This document shows, piece by piece, positions 1-10,524 of a DNA stretch of 64,000 nt (its first letter is position 1; each line of letters begins with the position of its first letter). The notes under the pieces are model-generated. The model was not told the DNA's origin, searched no databases, and saw only the letters and a program-made list of their open reading frames with translations. This DNA is from Candidatus Melainabacteria bacterium 17Bon1m (GTDB lineage Bacteria > Cyanobacteriota > Vampirovibrionia > Obscuribacterales > Obscuribacteraceae), in NCBI GenBank assembly GCA_032128875.1, contig JAVLKG010000010.1:160996-224995 (forward strand), in the 5' to 3' direction. The position numbers and the translations under genes were made by a program.

Positions 1-2144
1 ATGGCTTGCTCTGCCTCGATAGCCGGAGGAGGAGGCGGCGGTGGTGGTGGAGGTGGTGGTGGAGGCGGCGGTGGAGCAGGTGTCGGTGCCGGAGCAGGGG
101 CAGGAGCTGGCGCCGGAGCCGCGGGCTCTGGTGCAGCTGCAATCGGTTGTGTTTCGGCTGCAGGTTGTCCGGCTTGCAAATCTAGTGGTTTTGCCGGCGT
201 CGTATTGAATAGATTGCCAGGCGAGGCCGGCTGCGCAGGAGCAACATCGAAGAAGCTGTTGGTGCGCGGTGCTGTGGCTTGCGCCTGAGCCTGTTGGGCT
301 TGAGCATGTGCTTCTTCCGCTTTCGCTTTGGTCTCGGTCATTTGCTTTTGGAAATCCGCGACCATCTCTTTAGTCGAATCGCGTAGTTCTTCCAACTGCG
401 CCTTCAATTGCGCGTTCTCGCTTTCTTTGCGAGACAATTCTTGTTCTTTGGCATCAAGCAATTGGTCGCGCTTGCTAAGGGTTTCGGAAAGCTCATCGTA
501 GCGAGTATTGAACTCCTCCCAGCGAGAACCCAGGAGTTGTTTTTGCTCTTCCAATTCCTGATCTTTCGCATTCAGGATTTGCTCCATCTCGCGTTCGCGC
601 TGCTCAAAACGACCAACGAGATCGTCTTGTGACTGGCGCATTTTTTCGAGTTCTGCAAGAACAGCCTCATCTTGAATACCACCACCACTGCCTGCGCTTT
701 CGGCGCCACGTGAGCGGGGCGGAGCTTCGGCGCCCTGCACGGCATCATAGGCTGCTCTGAAAAGGTCTCCGGAAAGACGCTGACTGCCGAGCAGATCAAC
801 CAGTCGGTGCAACAAGTCGGCAGGGTGATCGGCAGGATAAACAGCCATGTAAGCGGCTTTGAAAGTCCAGGGATCAATTAGCCCGGCAGACAGCTGATCG
901 GCTAGGCTCATTACGAGCTGTTCGGGACTCATCTTTTCATTGTCAGCCCCGCCTTCGCCCTTCGTCTCAAGGCTCTGCACGAGCTGATCGATGGCAGGAA
1001 CTAGTTCTCCAACAGCCTTCATAGGCTCGAGAGCTGCTGATAATGAATCCATAAGACTGTTTAGCGTCAAATTGATTTCAGCAAAAGTCTGATTCTGCAT
1101 GGTTTCTGACAAAGAACGCATCGTCTCAGTCTGCTCTCCTGCCAGCTTTTGAATCATTGAAAGATTCATCGCACAGGCTGTCAGACCCTGATCGATGTTG
1201 GTAAGAATTTCATTGGCCAGGTCGGAAACCGGTGCCAGAGACGCGGAAGGTATGGAGCCAATTGAGGAAAGAGAAGGGAAATTCTGCATGGGCGACTGGT
1301 CAGGAATGCTCGCAGGTGCAGGCGAAGACTTCTCTTCTGATTTGGCTTCTTTCTTTGTAGATGCCGATTCCTTGACAGGTTGTTGCTCAGAAGGCGGCTC
1401 CGGCAGTTTGAGCTCAGGGGCCGGTTCTTCCTTTTTGGCTTCTGGTTTCGCTTCAGGCTCTGGCTTGGGCTCTAGCTTAGCCTCAAGCTTGCTCTCTGCA
1501 ACCGGAGCGGGCTCAGGCAACGTCGCTATAGACTCTGCTTGCGGCTCGACCGCTGGAGCCGGTGCTGTGATGGCAGCCGCCAGAGAAGCCGCAGGGCTGG
1601 TATTTACGGGTTCGGCAGTCGGTAGGATGTCTTGAGGCATGCTTACTGGTATCAAATCGGAGGTGGCTGTGGTGGACGGAACAGTGGGCAAATCTTCCAA
1701 CCCGAAGGAATAATTCGGCGTCGAGTCTTTCGCGCCGACGGAGGCAGACGCACCACCTGAAGATTTAGCGCCTTTCCCGGCTTTAGGCACAAGCGAATCA
1801 AGGGTAGAGAGCGGTGAAGACGGCGGAGGTGCTACAGGAGCAGGGGCCGGGGCGCCAGAAGCTGGAACACCGTTAGTATCATCGTTGCCGGCAGAATGCC
1901 CGTCGCCATTTGTGCTTACGGGAGCTTGACCATTGGGTTCGGTAGGCATTTGAGCAGAAGACGTTGTGGATGGAGCCGGGTCTAGAGCGGTGACGGAATA
2001 GGGGTCGGGCGGCGATGCCGATTTTGACAGCGACCCTCTCAAGCGTGCGCGACGTGCCGAAAGGGACGAACCTTCTTCGTTCGCCTTGCCGGTCGCCGCA
2101 TTGTCATACGGGCCTACTGCGCTTCCCTTGTCCTCAGGACTCAT
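1..2144 (-). CDS. Pro/Ala/Ser-rich, coiled-coil hypothetical protein; partial, 3' end beyond the left edge (about 714 aa in window)
   Basis: Absent from the ORF track, presumably because it has no stop inside the window. ATG at 2144 is preceded by an AAAGGA SD. Manual translation gives MSPEDKGSAVGPYDNAATGKANEEGSSLSARRARLRGSL..., an internal globular-looking stretch (DQLSAGLIDPWTFKAAYMAVYPADHPADLLHRLVDLLG) and a 17-Pro run at 24-74. The frame was spot-checked, not read codon by codon. Confidence 0.85.
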   Translation of the reverse strand, partial: MSPEDKGSAVGPYDNAATGKANEEGSSLSARRARLRGSLSKSASPPDPYSVTALDPAPSTTSSAQMPTEPNGQAPVSTNGDGHSAGNDDTNGVPASGAPAPAPVAPPPSSPLSTLDSLVPKAGKGAKSSGGASASVGAKDSTPNYSFGLEDLPTVPSTTATSDLIPVSMPQDILPTAEPVNTSPAASLAAAITAPAPAVEPQAESIATLPEPAPVAESKLEAKLEPKPEPEAKPEAKKEEPAPELKLPEPPSEQQPVKESASTKKEAKSEEKSSPAPASIPDQSPMQNFPSLSSIGSIPSASLAPVSDLANEILTNIDQGLTACAMNLSMIQKLAGEQTETMRSLSETMQNQTFAEINLTLNSLMDSLSAALEPMKAVGELVPAIDQLVQSLETKGEGGADNEKMSPEQLVMSLADQLSAGLIDPWTFKAAYMAVYPADHPADLLHRLVDLLGSQRLSGDLFRAAYDAVQGAEAPPRSRGAESAGSGGGIQDEAVLAELEKMRQSQDDLVGRFEQREREMEQILNAKDQELEEQKQLLGSRWEEFNTRYDELSETLSKRDQLLDAKEQELSRKESENAQLKAQLEELRDSTKEMVADFQKQMTETKAKAEEAHAQAQQAQAQATAPRTNSFFDVAPAQPASPGNLFNTTPAKPLDLQAGQPAAETQPIAAAPEPAAPAPAPAPAPAPTPAPPPPPPPPPPPPPPPPPAIEAEQA

Positions 2145-2649
2145 CTAGTTTCCTTTCTCGAGAAAAGTGGCTTAGTCGCGACCACTTCTCTAGCCTTTCC
2201 ATGCACTCTGGGCGTCGATGGCAGGTTTCACGCACCCTACCGAGCCTTGACTAAGTTGCCGAAATACTTAGCTTACTAAGTAATGTACCCTCACCTTACA
2301 AACAATACTCCAGCGCTACCCCGGAACGCTAAATTAAGCTCCGGACGCGGGTTTGCCTTAAGCGTCAGATAAAGAAATCCGACGATTTAATAATTGACGG
2401 TTACTGGCCGGCTCCCCTGGAAATTCGATCACCTACCACTTCCAGTATATATCCCAAATTGCTCAACTGGCCAAGAAATTTGGCGCTTGACAAGGAAGGG
2501 TTATAGACATAAGATCACGACGAAATCAGGTTTTTAAGCTGCCACTTACTATTGCAAACAGCCAAACAAGCGGCGAACGCCAATATCTGTCTTAATTAGC
2601 GCTATCATCGAGATAGGCGCGGGGTATCTGCCAAAAGGAGCAGTGCCAG

Positions 2650-5600
2650 TTGGAAATCCTTATCTGTCAAACTTGCGGGCTGTTGTTGCGCGGCGAGATT
2701 AAAAGCTGCCAGTCGTGCGGAACTCCTGCGTCAAAATACTCTGCCACTGCATTGCCTATTATGTCTAACACGTCAGCTCCATTGGCAGTGGCAGTGGATC
2801 CAGACCCGCTTGTTTTGGAAAGAGTCGTCACAGCCCGCCGCCTTGGTACTTATAAACTGAAAGAAGCCAATGGTTACGGCAATGGACATAATGGCGAAAA
2901 CGGGCACGGCAACGGAAATGGCAATGGTAACGGCAACGGCGATCACACGGGCAATGGACACAACGGAGAAAACGGCGGCTCCGTAGCTCCCGCTTCAATG
3001 AATCCTTCCAGCTCTCAGACAGGACTTGCAGCTCTCAGCCTGGGCTTTATGAGTGGCAGAAAGACTCAACCTACAGGTCCGTTATTTGCTGACAATCCAT
3101 GGGGTGAAGCAGAAACAGCTGCCCCGCCAACCACACCCGACCCGGCTAGCGCTGGTGTTCCTCCTGCGATCAGTTCTGGTCAGTTCGATCCGATTAGCCA
3201 AGCTAATCAAAGTGCGCCGGTGCAAGATCCAACAGGTTCCGCACCAGCAGCGCTTCCTAGCGATCCAGCGCAAGGAACATCGCCTTGGCTTACCCCAGCA
3301 TCGCAAACTCCATTTTCGCCGAATTTAGATCCATTTTCGTCCGGTGCGCAAGCAGCACAAAACATGTTCCTTGGCACTCCCGATGCCGGTCAAGATACAA
3401 CACAATTTGGCGGCCTCGCACCGGCACCAACACCACTAGGTTTCGATCCAATGTCTCCCATGGGAGGTTTTGATCCAACTTCGCCTGTGGGAGGTGTCGC
3501 GCCAACCTCTGCTAATGGAGGCTTCGATCCAATGTCTCCCATGGGAGGTTTTGATCCGGCCGCCCCCGTGACCTCGATACCTGAAGCGGCACCGCAGATG
3601 ATGCCTGCACCACTGTCAGACAAACCGGTTGATCCATTCGCATTTGACAGCCAGAGCTCGTCTTCCCCTGCAGGAAATGGTTTCTTCGATCCGCCGCAGT
3701 CAGCAATGAACCCGGATTTGGTAGAAGGTCCTGCCGGGCTCAACAGCGACGTATCGTCAGCATATGCCGTTGCTCCGGTGGCGCACGATCCAGGCTTTGA
3801 CATAGTGACACCTATTCAGGCAGTACCTGTTGGCACCACGTCCGGTGACAACACCACTGCTATTGGAACAGCCTTGCAGCCAGTCGCAGAAGCTGCTCCA
3901 GGGAATGCAGAGTCAGGAGGCGATCCGGTAGCAGGCGCGCCTCAAGCCGACAGCCAAGGCGGTTTTGGAGCTGGACAAACAGCAGCAATCGCAGCCGCCG
4001 CAGCTATTGCCGGAGCTGCTGCAGGTGCCGCCGTCACCAACGCAATCCACAACCGAGCAGCTAATACGGTCGGAGGCGATTTCTTCGACACAGGCGCACC
4101 AGCCACTCGCAACGATGACAATGCATCGGTGGGTTCAACTTCGACAACATCTGCAGATCCAATAGGTAGTTCGAGTTCCATGGATCCGGCAGATTCAGTT
4201 GGCGAAGAAGCAGCATTCGACCCGTTTGCACCTGCTGCATCAAAACCGGCGACCGGTTTTCCAACCGGTCCTGCTGACGATTTTTTCAGCGCTGCTCCCA
4301 TTGGTAGACCAAAACGCGACGACGGCAGCGTAGACGATAACAATGATTCAGCTGATGCTTTCAACTTCGATTCCGGAAGAAAAACGCGAAATGACGACAA
4401 TGGTTTTCCGGACGAAAGTAAAAATCGCGGCAGAAGAGATGAGTCATCTAAGATAGGCGACTCTGATGATGGTCGTCCAAAAATCGCTCGTCCACGCGGT
4501 TTTGCACCAAACAAAGACAACAAAGATGCCAGCAAATCACAAGAGAAAGAAGATAAAACTGAGAAGGCCGACAAGGCCGAAAACCAAGATGATGATTTCT
4601 TCGCCGGAAGAAAGAACAAGAAAAATTCCGATGATGACCTAGATGATGAAGATTCTAAAAAGGAAACACCACCACCCAGAAAATCTTTTTCGGGCGGCTC
4701 TTCAACTATAAAAAGACCTGGCGCGAAGAAAAGAGAAGTCGTCAAAGAGAAATCGAAAAAGGGCAAAAACAAGGACGAAGACAACGACGATCTCGATGAC
4801 GATGAGAATCTGCCGTTCTTGGAGCGCGAAATTAGCCTCGGCGGCATGACTGTCAGCAACAAGTCGGCAATAATCCTTGGCACCATATGCGCCTTCATGA
4901 CAGTGGTCGTGTTCAACACTTTCTGCACATTCTGCACATACCTTGCCGGCTCAATGCCCAAGAATGGCGCCGCTCAGGGTGGATTGCTGGGCGGTCTGGG
5001 TGGACAAAAAGCCGTAGACATCTCCGGCATTTACAACGTCTACTACAAGACGCCGATGGAGAAGAACGGCAACTCCTTTAAAATGCAGCTCGGTCAACAA
5101 GGAACTCAAATCTACGGACGCGGTGAAGATGTCGGTGGCCCCTGGATTTTGCAGGGCAACCTAGTGGCGCCGAATGGCATCGTCTTTAGAAAGTTCTATT
5201 TGAGAGACGGCAAACCTTTCGGCAAAGGGATCGAATATAAAGGTATGGTTGGCGTCACTGAAATAGGCCGCCCATACATGCAAGGTCAGCTTGCCTACGA
5301 AACCAAAATGGGTAAATTCTGGCGAGCGACAATTGCGCAAGTCACAGGCAATTGGAGAGCTGTTCAAACAGTGTCAGGCGCGGTCTTGGCAAATAGCGGA
5401 CAGGCACCACCGCCAATGCCAACCGTTGCTAGCTCACCAATGAGTCCGATGGGCGGAATGGGTGGCGGAAACAATCCGCTTGCCCTGTTGCAACCGAACG
5501 ACACGCACAATCGCGGCGACATGTCGGCATTCTTCCTCAAGGTTGCATTCGGGTTAATCGGTATTGGTGTGTTGCTTGCGATGGGCGCGTTGTTCATCTT

Positions 5601-7122
5601 CGGACCATCAGGCAAATTGAATATCATGGCGAAGCAAGAATACATTCCTTCGCAGTACAAAGCTCAGCACAATAAGATGATGCGCGAATGGTCCAAGCCC
5701 TATAAGAAAGGCGCCATGCCGCTCGGCACGCGTGTTGAGTGGAGATTCTGGAAGCCCTGGGTGCCCAGAGTTATGGCGATGCCGCCTGAGTCGCGAACCA
5801 ACAACCCACACATGATCGTGATGGGCGGCTCAGACAAAGGTAAGTCGCGTTTGCTGGCAAACATGATTTGCCACGATATCGAATCAAATGATCGCGCCGT
5901 CGTTGTAATAGACTCCGACGGAGAGCTCATCGATCTGGTCACAAACTGGACGGCTGCGCATGTAAAAGGCAAAGAATTAGCCAAGAGAATTGTCATTGTA
6001 GACCCGACCTATCGCGGCGGCTCAATGTCCTACAACCCGCTCGAACCGCTGGAAGACGTCAATTTCATCGACGCTGCTTCTGCCATTGTCCACGGTTTCA
6101 AAGCCATTTACACCGAACCACCAGGCTCTCAAAGTCAGTGGAACCAACAAACTGCAAACATTTTGAGAAACGCAGCCATCTTGCTGATGGCTAACAATAA
6201 GACCCTTATCGACTTGCCAACACTTCTGCAAGACAACGATTTTAGAGACATCCTTTTAGAAGGCATTGAGAAGAAGAAGAAAGAACGCACCGAGTATTCG
6301 ACTCTCATCGAAACATGGGGTCAATACAAACGATTGGCAAGAACAGATCAGTGGATCAACTGGGTAGAACCGATTCTCAACAGAGTCACGCCAATGCTCA
6401 GCGATCCGCGCATCAGACCAATTCTCACCAAGCCGGTCGGCGACCTGCGACTGAAAGATTTGATCACAAGCAAGCAAGTGTTACTGGTCAGAATTCCTCA
6501 AGGACAACTCGACCAGAACGCCAATCTTTTGGGCTCGCTACTTGTCACTGGTCTCAAGCAAGCGGCTTTAGGCTTGTCAGTTCACGACGAAAGCAAGCAA
6601 CAACCATGCGCTCTCTACCTCGATGAAATGAACAACTTCATTGAAAAAGAAACCATCGAAGCGCTGACGCAAGAAACCGACAAGTTCAAGATTGGCTTTG
6701 TCGGCTGCTGCAAGACGCTACAGCATTTACCGGAGGACTTCAGGAACCAAATCATCATCAACGTCGGCACGGTCTGCGCATTCGCCCTGGCGAAGAAGGA
6801 CGGAGACTTGCTTGGTCCGCAGATGTTCCGCGTTGACGGCAGAAAGGTAAAACACAGAACAATTCAAAACTTCTTCAACCAGGTCAACACCTCGCCTCAG
6901 TTCGAGCTAATTTCCGACGAAGAAAAGCTCAATATCGACAGAGTCGTAGGTCAAGAGACACGAGACTTCTTCTGCTACAGGGTAGGGACGGTCGCCGGCA
7001 CATTCAGCCTGAAGACCCACGAGTTTGCAGACCCACCCAAGGCGAAAATAAAATCGAAGCTCATCGAGATGATGCATACCGGCTCTGGATCCAGCACCAA
7101 CAAGAAACCGGACGTCGCCTAA
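2650..7122 (+). CDS. Membrane-anchored VirD4/TraD (T4CP)-like P-loop ATPase with N-terminal Zn ribbon and long disordered region
   Basis: TTG start with AAAGGAG SD. N-terminal CxxC...CxxC, ~700 aa of low complexity, then two hydrophobic TM segments flanking a ~190-aa loop. ATPase motifs: Walker A GGSDKGKS, VVVIDSDGE, YNPLE, Walker B LYLDE. Confidence 0.8.
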   Translation: MEILICQTCGLLLRGEIKSCQSCGTPASKYSATALPIMSNTSAPLAVAVDPDPLVLERVVTARRLGTYKLKEANGYGNGHNGENGHGNGNGNGNGNGDHTGNGHNGENGGSVAPASMNPSSSQTGLAALSLGFMSGRKTQPTGPLFADNPWGEAETAAPPTTPDPASAGVPPAISSGQFDPISQANQSAPVQDPTGSAPAALPSDPAQGTSPWLTPASQTPFSPNLDPFSSGAQAAQNMFLGTPDAGQDTTQFGGLAPAPTPLGFDPMSPMGGFDPTSPVGGVAPTSANGGFDPMSPMGGFDPAAPVTSIPEAAPQMMPAPLSDKPVDPFAFDSQSSSSPAGNGFFDPPQSAMNPDLVEGPAGLNSDVSSAYAVAPVAHDPGFDIVTPIQAVPVGTTSGDNTTAIGTALQPVAEAAPGNAESGGDPVAGAPQADSQGGFGAGQTAAIAAAAAIAGAAAGAAVTNAIHNRAANTVGGDFFDTGAPATRNDDNASVGSTSTTSADPIGSSSSMDPADSVGEEAAFDPFAPAASKPATGFPTGPADDFFSAAPIGRPKRDDGSVDDNNDSADAFNFDSGRKTRNDDNGFPDESKNRGRRDESSKIGDSDDGRPKIARPRGFAPNKDNKDASKSQEKEDKTEKADKAENQDDDFFAGRKNKKNSDDDLDDEDSKKETPPPRKSFSGGSSTIKRPGAKKREVVKEKSKKGKNKDEDNDDLDDDENLPFLEREISLGGMTVSNKSAIILGTICAFMTVVVFNTFCTFCTYLAGSMPKNGAAQGGLLGGLGGQKAVDISGIYNVYYKTPMEKNGNSFKMQLGQQGTQIYGRGEDVGGPWILQGNLVAPNGIVFRKFYLRDGKPFGKGIEYKGMVGVTEIGRPYMQGQLAYETKMGKFWRATIAQVTGNWRAVQTVSGAVLANSGQAPPPMPTVASSPMSPMGGMGGGNNPLALLQPNDTHNRGDMSAFFLKVAFGLIGIGVLLAMGALFIFGPSGKLNIMAKQEYIPSQYKAQHNKMMREWSKPYKKGAMPLGTRVEWRFWKPWVPRVMAMPPESRTNNPHMIVMGGSDKGKSRLLANMICHDIESNDRAVVVIDSDGELIDLVTNWTAAHVKGKELAKRIVIVDPTYRGGSMSYNPLEPLEDVNFIDAASAIVHGFKAIYTEPPGSQSQWNQQTANILRNAAILLMANNKTLIDLPTLLQDNDFRDILLEGIEKKKKERTEYSTLIETWGQYKRLARTDQWINWVEPILNRVTPMLSDPRIRPILTKPVGDLRLKDLITSKQVLLVRIPQGQLDQNANLLGSLLVTGLKQAALGLSVHDESKQQPCALYLDEMNNFIEKETIEALTQETDKFKIGFVGCCKTLQHLPEDFRNQIIINVGTVCAFALAKKDGDLLGPQMFRVDGRKVKHRTIQNFFNQVNTSPQFELISDEEKLNIDRVVGQETRDFFCYRVGTVAGTFSLKTHEFADPPKAKIKSKLIEMMHTGSGSSTNKKPDVA

Positions 7123-7332
7123 TAAGCTTTCGTGTCGAGCGCCTGGAGCATCTTGAAAGCGCCAGTACTTCCTATAAGTACTAAATTTCGACCTTTCAGG
7201 GCATGAATCAAATAAGCGGAAATCTGTCTTCGCGGCTCTTTCAGCCGTAGAAAGGCTACTTAAATGAGTATAATCAGGGTCAGCAGCTTTGCCGCTCTGA
7301 CTGATAAGTAAGGGAAACCCAGGACAAGCATC

Positions 7333-10300
7333 ATGGATGAAGGTCCACGCAATATATGGGAAGAGAAAATCGCCGACCTCAGGCGATATGACCTCGACGC
7401 GCTTGAATTAGACCCAGTATCGGGTGCCGACGTAGTCAGCTGGCCGGTTCCGGGGCTGACCTTCGTCCGCGTAGACGGTATCTTGCGCTCTTGGGATATC
7501 GAGGGGGAAAAGCAGCAGGCAAAACAGCAGCCGCAGCAAAACCAAGACCCCAACCAGGGTCCAAAGCGCATGTATTTGATGGAAGACGCGCTAACCGGTA
7601 TGCACAGTCAAAAAGCATATCTGGCTTTTTTGGTGCTCGGTGACAAAACCGGCGTTCAATATTACATGGGAGCATCCATCGCCAATCCCGGTGATCCTGG
7701 CGACGGCGGTGACAGCAGCACCATTTCCTTCAATACGCTGAAATCAATTTTGCACAGTGTCTATAACGGAGTCGACACCTACAAAGATCCATTTACGCTC
7801 GATCAGATGAAAGCGATGGTGGCACCGCTCGCCACGCATACTGGCATTATCACAGGCATCCCGGCGTTGAAGTCCACCGCCGGCGATACCATGGAGTCCG
7901 AACAAATCGAACGTCTAGCCAGCGGTTTGCAAGGCAAAGACTTCGGCATGATGGTGCTGGCAGCACCGATTCCAAAAGCATATGTAACCAAAGAAGAGTT
8001 TCACGTCGTCGATCAAATTCAGCGTGCGCAAGAAAACGAAGACCCTGAAAAGAAACGACGCATCAAGTATTATCTCGAACTTCAAGATGCCTATCTAAAA
8101 CACATTCAGTTAGGTACGGCAATTGGAAGCTGGCAAGTCGGCACCTATTTCTTCGCGCCGGATCGCTCAGTTTTTGCTCGACTGCAATCTTTGATTCAAG
8201 CCACTTACGTAGATGAAACGAGCAGACCAACACCTCTGCGCACGCATGAAATCAAAGGTTTGCGTGAGCACGTAGCTCAATTCGGTTTGGTGAAAAACCA
8301 GAGATCTGGCGAATCGTTCCAAACGTTGCTTGGATATCGTTTTCTCACTCCTCTCAATTCGCGTCTTCTTTCGGCTTACATCCATTTGCCAAAACGTGAG
8401 ATGCCCGGCTTCCGCATCAAGCGCTCTGCGGAGTTTTCTCTTGCCAATATTCCACCCAAAGATCCGGTGCGCATCATAGCCATCGGCAACATCCTAGACC
8501 GCGGTGTAGATACGGGCAACCTTTATTACATCGACGTAGACGCGATGCAAAAGCACACCATCGTCTGCGGGGTAACCGGCGGCGGTAAAACCAACACTTG
8601 CTTCTATCTGCTTGGGCAGTTGTGGAAGTTCAAGATTCCATTTATGGTTTGCGAACCGGCGAAATCAGAATATCGGCACATGATGCTGATGTCGGAAACA
8701 TTCAAAGGCGTCGGTCAAGCATTCTCGTTGGGCGACGAAACAGTGTCGCCATTCCGACTAAATCCGTTTGAAATCATGAAAGGCGTGAAAGTACAGACAC
8801 ACCTTGACGCACTAAAGTCAGTATTTAACGCCAGTTTTGAAATGTACTCACCAATGCCTCAGGTATTGGAAAAAGCGCTCAACTCGATTTACTCTGTTCG
8901 GGGTTGGGACTTGGTGCAAAACAAATGCAGAAGATTGCCTCCGGGAGTCAATCTCGGCGATCCTGATTGTCCGCCGGAAATCTATCCTACCATGAAGGAT
9001 CTCTACGAAATTATCGAACCTATTACAGAATCGTTCGGATATTCGGAAAGAATCGGACCCGACGTACAAGCTGCGCTAAAAGCCAGAATCGGATCTTTGC
9101 TGATCGGCGGCAAGGGGCAAATGCTCAACACTCGCCGTTCTATCCCCATGTCCACGCTCTTCGGAAAACCAACCGTAATTGAGTTGAAGATGGTTTCTGA
9201 AGATAGCGAAAAATCATTCTTGATGGGAATGATCATGGTTTTCCTTTATGAATACCGCGAAGCATTAGGACCGCACGACAACTTGCAACACGTCATGCTC
9301 ATTGAAGAGGCTCACCGTCTCTTGAAGAACGTGCCAACAGCGCAGTCCGGCGAATCAGCCAACCCTGCCGGTAAAGCGGTTGAATTCTTCACCAACATGC
9401 TGGCAGAAATTCGTTCTTACGGTCAGGGATTCATCATCGCGGACCAAATTCCGAACAAGTTGGCTCCGGAAGCATTGAAGAACACGAACTTGAAGATCAT
9501 GCACCGTATTGTGGCGGTCGACGACCGAGACTCCATGGGCGGCGCGATGAACCTCGATGACATTCAAAAGAGGCACGTAACAGCGCTCGGACAGGGGCGT
9601 GCCATTGTGTATGCCGAAAAGATGGAACAGCCTTATCACCTGGCCATCATGTTCGACAAAACAAAAGAAGTGCCACCACCCGAGACACCAGAAGAGTCCG
9701 ATCAAATCGTGCGCGATGCGATGAAAGGTCTGGATATCGTAGCTACTTTCGACAGGCATTTAGGTTGTAAATTCTGCTTGCACAGATGCGACTCGAATAT
9801 TCTTGATACAGCTCAAATGGTGGCAGATGACACGCTTTTCAGGCAAGTGTACAATCGCTATTTGCTTTCCACCCTCAAAGACTTGACGCAGTTAGTTCAC
9901 TTCCGCGCACAAATCATCCACGAAATCCAACGGGTTATCGGGGGAAGAGCGCGTTCTGGCAACATAACCGGCATCACGTGGTGTGCACTCACCCAGGCAA
10001 CCGAGCGTTATTTCGAAAGAAAAGGAGAGGAGAACTACTGGTTCTACGATCAGGTAAAAGAACAACATCTGCGTTGGCTCAACCTTCTAAGACCGGCATT
10101 CCAGCCCACCGAAGTGAACAGAAGATTGGACATCGCGGTCCTTCGACAGTGGCGTGACGACTTCCTTGAATTGCACAAACGCGACCAGGGTCCGCTCCCC
10201 ACTTGCGGTCCCTGCACATCGAAGTGCTTGTATCGCTTCGAAGTTTCCGAAGTTGTCAGAGATCCGAAAATCAAGTTCGACTTCAACTCATCAATCAACA

Positions 10301-10524
10301 GAAAAGACACTCCGGCATCTGACTCTGCAGCTTGGTTCTGCCGGTTGCTGACAGAACGTCTGATTGGTCAAGGTGATGTTGACCTCGCCTACTGTCTTGC
10401 TGTTCACCTGATCAAAGACCAGCAGCTTTCCACAGACGCTCAGTTGGTACTGCTACACAAAGTTCGCACCGCCCTCGAAAACTTCCAGAACGAGGCCGAG
10501 GCGGAGCAGCAGCAAAATGCCTGA
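7333..10524 (+). CDS. HerA/VirB4/FtsK-superfamily ATPase (DUF87-like) with Cys-rich C-terminal region
   Basis: Walker A CGVTGGGKT, RLNPF, Walker B LIEEAHRL and EIRSYG...IADQIP (Arg finger and Gln motif). Two CxxCxxxC motifs near the C-terminus. Confidence 0.85.
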   Translation: MDEGPRNIWEEKIADLRRYDLDALELDPVSGADVVSWPVPGLTFVRVDGILRSWDIEGEKQQAKQQPQQNQDPNQGPKRMYLMEDALTGMHSQKAYLAFLVLGDKTGVQYYMGASIANPGDPGDGGDSSTISFNTLKSILHSVYNGVDTYKDPFTLDQMKAMVAPLATHTGIITGIPALKSTAGDTMESEQIERLASGLQGKDFGMMVLAAPIPKAYVTKEEFHVVDQIQRAQENEDPEKKRRIKYYLELQDAYLKHIQLGTAIGSWQVGTYFFAPDRSVFARLQSLIQATYVDETSRPTPLRTHEIKGLREHVAQFGLVKNQRSGESFQTLLGYRFLTPLNSRLLSAYIHLPKREMPGFRIKRSAEFSLANIPPKDPVRIIAIGNILDRGVDTGNLYYIDVDAMQKHTIVCGVTGGGKTNTCFYLLGQLWKFKIPFMVCEPAKSEYRHMMLMSETFKGVGQAFSLGDETVSPFRLNPFEIMKGVKVQTHLDALKSVFNASFEMYSPMPQVLEKALNSIYSVRGWDLVQNKCRRLPPGVNLGDPDCPPEIYPTMKDLYEIIEPITESFGYSERIGPDVQAALKARIGSLLIGGKGQMLNTRRSIPMSTLFGKPTVIELKMVSEDSEKSFLMGMIMVFLYEYREALGPHDNLQHVMLIEEAHRLLKNVPTAQSGESANPAGKAVEFFTNMLAEIRSYGQGFIIADQIPNKLAPEALKNTNLKIMHRIVAVDDRDSMGGAMNLDDIQKRHVTALGQGRAIVYAEKMEQPYHLAIMFDKTKEVPPPETPEESDQIVRDAMKGLDIVATFDRHLGCKFCLHRCDSNILDTAQMVADDTLFRQVYNRYLLSTLKDLTQLVHFRAQIIHEIQRVIGGRARSGNITGITWCALTQATERYFERKGEENYWFYDQVKEQHLRWLNLLRPAFQPTEVNRRLDIAVLRQWRDDFLELHKRDQGPLPTCGPCTSKCLYRFEVSEVVRDPKIKFDFNSSINRKDTPASDSAAWFCRLLTERLIGQGDVDLAYCLAVHLIKDQQLSTDAQLVLLHKVRTALENFQNEAEAEQQQNA

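Noticed and set aside
1-288. Poly-Gly + strand ORF
   Set aside because: Antisense of the poly-Pro tract of the minus-strand gene starting at 2144.
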